Of a stretch of DNA of 64,000 nucleotides, positions 60,382 through 64,000 are shown one piece after another. A program made the translations under genes and the position numbers. Origin of the DNA: a virus. The DNA lies in the IMG/VR virus record IMGVR_UViG_3300028948_000703, positions 1-64,000 of that record. One strand, 5' to 3'. Below the pieces are notes generated by a model. The model was not told the DNA's origin, did no database searches, and was given only the letters and a program-made list of their open reading frames with translations. Position 1 is the stretch's first letter, and each line of letters opens with the position of its first letter.

Positions 60382-61086
60382 ATGAGAATACAAGAATTGC
60401 TAGAAGCTAAACCATTATCAAATGGGTATGATGTTGAACACTATGGTGTTTGGACAGTAGAAATGAGTCAACATCCAGTTAGAATGCCTGCTATTACCGG
60501 TAATACTGCACAATATGTAGCCAAGGTTACACACAAACGCACTGGAAAAATTGAAATAGCTGCAGGATCAAGCCAAAGTGAAGCTAGAGAACGTGCATTA
60601 GGTTTAGCCACAGGAGTTAAGGCTGATGATCCTACATATGATGCCGGCCAATACGATGCATTTACAATTGATTTCAATGCGGCCTTTACACGAGAGTATT
60701 GGAATAAAAACAGCAGTTCCTGGTATAGATTTTCTCATGAAGGTGATCAAATTTTACTAATAAGGGCCAGTCAAAATTATGCTCAGGAATTTGGTGAGGA
60801 GCTGAGAGAGCTGGGATTCTCCCGTGCTATAATACGTACTCAACATCGTGGTATTGAGTTAGCAACTCCGCACCTTGGATTTAGTCTGGGTGCACAGCAG
60901 TTTCGTCGCACGGGGTTATCAATTAAAACACGTTACATGGTAAAATTTGAATATCTTGACAGCGATAAAAATGAAGTATTTTCAACGATGGTTCACAGCA
61001 GAGTTCAAGGAATTGAAGGTCCGGGAAAACCAGAACTATTAAAATTTCCTGCATTTTCTACCAGTGGTAGTTATAAAAATCTATAA
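60382..61086 (+). CDS. Putative virion internal protein
   Basis: ATAAATA upstream; MRIQELLE start. Confidence 0.65.
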   Translation: MRIQELLEAKPLSNGYDVEHYGVWTVEMSQHPVRMPAITGNTAQYVAKVTHKRTGKIEIAAGSSQSEARERALGLATGVKADDPTYDAGQYDAFTIDFNAAFTREYWNKNSSSWYRFSHEGDQILLIRASQNYAQEFGEELRELGFSRAIIRTQHRGIELATPHLGFSLGAQQFRRTGLSIKTRYMVKFEYLDSDKNEVFSTMVHSRVQGIEGPGKPELLKFPAFSTSGSYKNL

Positions 61087-61135
61087 TTTTTTAAATCTCT
61101 TTACAATTATATATTGTCTATGCTAACATAGAAAA

Positions 61136-61357
61136 ATGCACAAGTATGAATTCAGACCTAGTAAACTAACCTATTATCCATATCTCTGTGTGCCCATTCG
61201 ATCAAGAATGGAAGAAAATGATGTTCAGCATGCATGGTGTCAACGTATGTTTGGTTCAGAAGGTACTAGAAATTTAGGAAAATGGTACGGGGGTCTTCTG
61301 GGTTTTTATTTTTCCAGCCGTGAAGATGCAGTACAGTTTATGTTAGTCTGGGGCTAG
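61136..61357 (+). CDS. ~70-aa paralogue family member
   Basis: YPY..WC..FSSREDAVQFMLVWG. Confidence 0.8.
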   Translation: MHKYEFRPSKLTYYPYLCVPIRSRMEENDVQHAWCQRMFGSEGTRNLGKWYGGLLGFYFSSREDAVQFMLVWG

Positions 61358-62760
61358 TACCCTTGAATTTTTGTAATTTGACTGTCAATTCTGGAGAAAT
61401 ACTCTTCAACATTGGATCTGGCTTGTGCGTAGTTCATGGGCTGTTGATCATGATTCATCACAGCAATAGCACTGTTGCCTGCCATGGGTATGTTTTTAAC
61501 ACCGACTAAATTACCAAGATATTGATTTAACAGTGCTGCGATATTTTTTAGAGTCGTGTTATAGTAGTAATTGTTGATCATATCACCAGAGCCTTTGTTA
61601 AACCAGCCATCTGATCCAATACCCCAGAACGGATACCATTGACCCGCAGCAACATCTGCTTTGCCTCCGCGACCAGTACTGCAGTAAAAAGGTACAGTAT
61701 GCCCATTTAAGTTTACCACTACAATTGGTCGTTGTTCCAGATTGACTATAAATGTTTTACCGCCGTTTACTGTGGGCATTAGTACAAGACTGACGTGATC
61801 AATTAGTTTAGTGAGTTTTGCAGCTAGAGCACGTTGTTCTGCGGATAGTTCTTCATATAAAGATTCATCAGATGCGAAACGATCGTCTAGCCATTTGTTA
61901 TTAACAAGAGCATACATTTTTCCTGTAATATTTTGTCTATCATCTGTCCACAGTATAAAATCATCTGGTAATGAATCTAAATCTTCTGAAAAATCTGAAT
62001 AGCCACTGGCAATATTATTATTAATCATCCACGGGACTAGTTTATTATACAATTTAATTCTACTAGAATCCTTGTCATTTGCTATAAATGCTATAATAGA
62101 CGGTTTCTTTCCAGAGATAAATTGTTTCATTGCAGATACAAATGTTGAAAATATCTTGATAGAATCACCTTTGCCTGTGATATCTTGCTGGTCGTCTACA
62201 TAAAAATTTACCAATGCATATCTAATTTCTGGATCCCACTCAAACTCAATTTTAAATATTCTATTATCATCTAATACAATTTGCTTTGAAAATTGTTCGC
62301 TTCCTTGAGAAACTTTCCATCTTTTTGGCAAAGTATATGGTTTATTAAATATTTCATTTATAAATGAATCTTCTTGCGCATTCTTTCGACCACGACGCAT
62401 GTTTAATTGCCAACGTGCCAGTTGACCTTTACGGCCTTTAGCTTTTGCTGCTTTTTCTAGCTGTGCTATCGTGGCATTTTTTAGAATACCATGACGTTGA
62501 CTGTCTCCCGGTCGTCCTGGTCCTCGACCATCTGCAAAGTTTTCGTCTATGGATTTATTTTTATTGCGTATATCTTTTAACTGTTGTTTTAATCTGTGTA
62601 ATTCACCAGCATTGCTTTCGGTACCTGATAATTTACGATCATAGAGTATTTGCCTGATACGTGTTAAAATTTGTTTTTCTGTGGTGTATGTATATGAACT
62701 ATCTTCTTGAATGTTGTCAAGTATATAAGAAGATTCAGAAATAATGTCCGCAATTTTCAT
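61354..62760 (-). CDS. Putative multi-module virion internal protein
   Basis: MKIADIISE start; internal I/L-x-E junctions separate modules of different composition. Confidence 0.65.
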   Translation of the reverse strand: MKIADIISESSYILDNIQEDSSYTYTTEKQILTRIRQILYDRKLSGTESNAGELHRLKQQLKDIRNKNKSIDENFADGRGPGRPGDSQRHGILKNATIAQLEKAAKAKGRKGQLARWQLNMRRGRKNAQEDSFINEIFNKPYTLPKRWKVSQGSEQFSKQIVLDDNRIFKIEFEWDPEIRYALVNFYVDDQQDITGKGDSIKIFSTFVSAMKQFISGKKPSIIAFIANDKDSSRIKLYNKLVPWMINNNIASGYSDFSEDLDSLPDDFILWTDDRQNITGKMYALVNNKWLDDRFASDESLYEELSAEQRALAAKLTKLIDHVSLVLMPTVNGGKTFIVNLEQRPIVVVNLNGHTVPFYCSTGRGGKADVAAGQWYPFWGIGSDGWFNKGSGDMINNYYYNTTLKNIAALLNQYLGNLVGVKNIPMAGNSAIAVMNHDQQPMNYAQARSNVEEYFSRIDSQITKIQGY

Positions 62761-62775
62761 TTTTGTTAAATCTTT

Positions 62776-63804
62776 TTATGTTTGAGTAGGCGGAGGAGTT
62801 TCAGTTGCCGGTGGTGTTTCGTTTTCTGGTTTCTTAGTTGCAGGTCTCTTTTTATCTGTCCAATAATCTGATAGCCTGTTTAATTTCTGTATTTCTGCTT
62901 CAACATCGTAGATTTTTTTCTCAATTCCAGATTCTTCTCGAGGAGCTTCAATATCGTTTTTATGTGCACGAAGTCCTGCTACAAGATCAGTGTATAGATA
63001 AGGAAATCTTTCTTTAATTTGTTCCGCTGAAACTTGCATATCTAGAGGATTTTTAAACTGATTACTTGCTGCATCAAATTGAAACTTTTCTGGTAGTTCT
63101 TTTTGTGGTTTACCAAATGCATCTGTTCCTGTATAACTACGTTGTTCAGCTGGGACCATTCCAAAAATTGCACCAGCTTTACTGTACCTTTCCCAGTTTC
63201 CTGGATCTGTGCTACTAGCAGTGCAAAATGTTGCTCCTTTGCCAAATGCGCAAGCAGCTCCGCGATTTTGTAATAACCATATTTTATAATCTGGATTATC
63301 AACAACCAATATACTTCTTTTATTTTTAATTATAGCATTAAGTACTGCATCTTTTCTTAGATCTTTTAGAATATTGTCATAATGTGTTACAAGATAACGA
63401 TGTAAATTTTTAACTCCATTGTACTGAGTTAGTTCTTTGTGATTAGAGTCTAATAGATTACGATTTCTCAATAACATAAAGTCTCTAATAGTTTCAGGAT
63501 ATTCACCGGTGATATCTTCCCAGAGATCATTACCGTTAGCATAGCATTTAGCTAGCCACATATGATTTTTACCATCTCTTACCGATATAATACCATGTAC
63601 GCCTTCTGCTTCAATTCTATCAAGTTCTTTTACAAACCATGTTGCAAGATCAAGATCTGTTTTAGTACGATCTCTACGTATGTTTACAGGAACTGTACGA
63701 TCAAACCGTACGTGATCGGCTATACGAGAAACTAGCTGTTTATTAGCTAGTACATTTCGAGCACCTGCTGTGTCTTCTGTGAGGATTACTTCTAATATAC
63801 GCAT
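62776..63804 (-). CDS. Putative virion internal protein with a 'FCTAS' domain
   Basis: MRILEVILTE start; AACAFGKGATFCTAS..KFQF is homologous to the 8319 gene. Confidence 0.7.
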   Translation of the reverse strand: MRILEVILTEDTAGARNVLANKQLVSRIADHVRFDRTVPVNIRRDRTKTDLDLATWFVKELDRIEAEGVHGIISVRDGKNHMWLAKCYANGNDLWEDITGEYPETIRDFMLLRNRNLLDSNHKELTQYNGVKNLHRYLVTHYDNILKDLRKDAVLNAIIKNKRSILVVDNPDYKIWLLQNRGAACAFGKGATFCTASSTDPGNWERYSKAGAIFGMVPAEQRSYTGTDAFGKPQKELPEKFQFDAASNQFKNPLDMQVSAEQIKERFPYLYTDLVAGLRAHKNDIEAPREESGIEKKIYDVEAEIQKLNRLSDYWTDKKRPATKKPENETPPATETPPPTQT

Positions 63805-63810
63805 TTGATA

Positions 63811-64000
63811 TTAATACCATATGTTAAATTGGTCGCTATCATCTATCTTATCAAGGAAATTATACATAAACTCCTTCATTGCCGACGGTTTGCGTTGCAT
63901 TAGATCTTTAACAACTTCTTCTTTATCTTTAGGTGTTGTATAACTATCAACTGTTTGATTTGCAATAGTTGTTAATTTGCGTAGAGGAGTTGTTGCCCAA
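63811..64000 (-). CDS. 3' end of a gene entering from the right
   Basis: Open frame ..KDLMQRKPSAMKEFMYNFLDKIDDSDQFNIWY followed by a stop. Confidence 0.55.
   Translation of the reverse strand, partial: WATTPLRKLTTIANQTVDSYTTPKDKEEVVKDLMQRKPSAMKEFMYNFLDKIDDSDQFNIWY

Noticed and set aside
1-64000. Stop-codon reassignment, as seen in some jumbo phages
   Set aside because: Recognisable genes (rmlC, rmlD, glycosyltransferases, endonucleases) are full length under code 11, and genes end in TAA, TAG and TGA.

Overview
This window looks like part of a large T4-superfamily-like ('jumbo') dsDNA phage genome. The host is probably alphaproteobacterial, inferred from many TTGAC/TTGC..GCTANA-type sigma70 promoters and several leaderless genes. 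The layout is roughly symmetric. A ~44-kb, more GC-rich early/accessory region (about 14.7-58 kb) holds more than 100 small genes transcribed outward from ~31.3 kb. It is bounded by repeat-rich non-coding blocks (13.9-14.5 kb and 58.0-59.1 kb). Outside these lie arrays of ~70-aa paralogues, then AT-rich genes with T4-type late promoters (TATAAATA) and capsid-targeting-like N-termini. Recognisable proteins include GIY-YIG and HNH endonucleases, an AAA ATPase, a SprT protease, a YafQ/RelE-like RNase, RmlC, RmlD, glycosyltransferases, a PRTase, a bL12-CTD protein, Lar and TspO-like proteins. The most unusual signals are not in the ORF track. They are: a suite of promoter-delimited structured non-coding RNAs (a ~485-nt ornate RNA, two tRNA-mimic RNAs nested in long closing stems, a kissing-hairpin RNA and smaller sRNAs); a covarying RNA leader shared by unrelated homing endonucleases; a three-times-repeated divergent gene-pair module on a bidirectional late promoter; a strand-biased dispersed TGGTCCCCGCA motif; and small ArfA-like and Cys-Cys basic peptides. 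All protein family calls come from motif recognition by eye, not from database searches.
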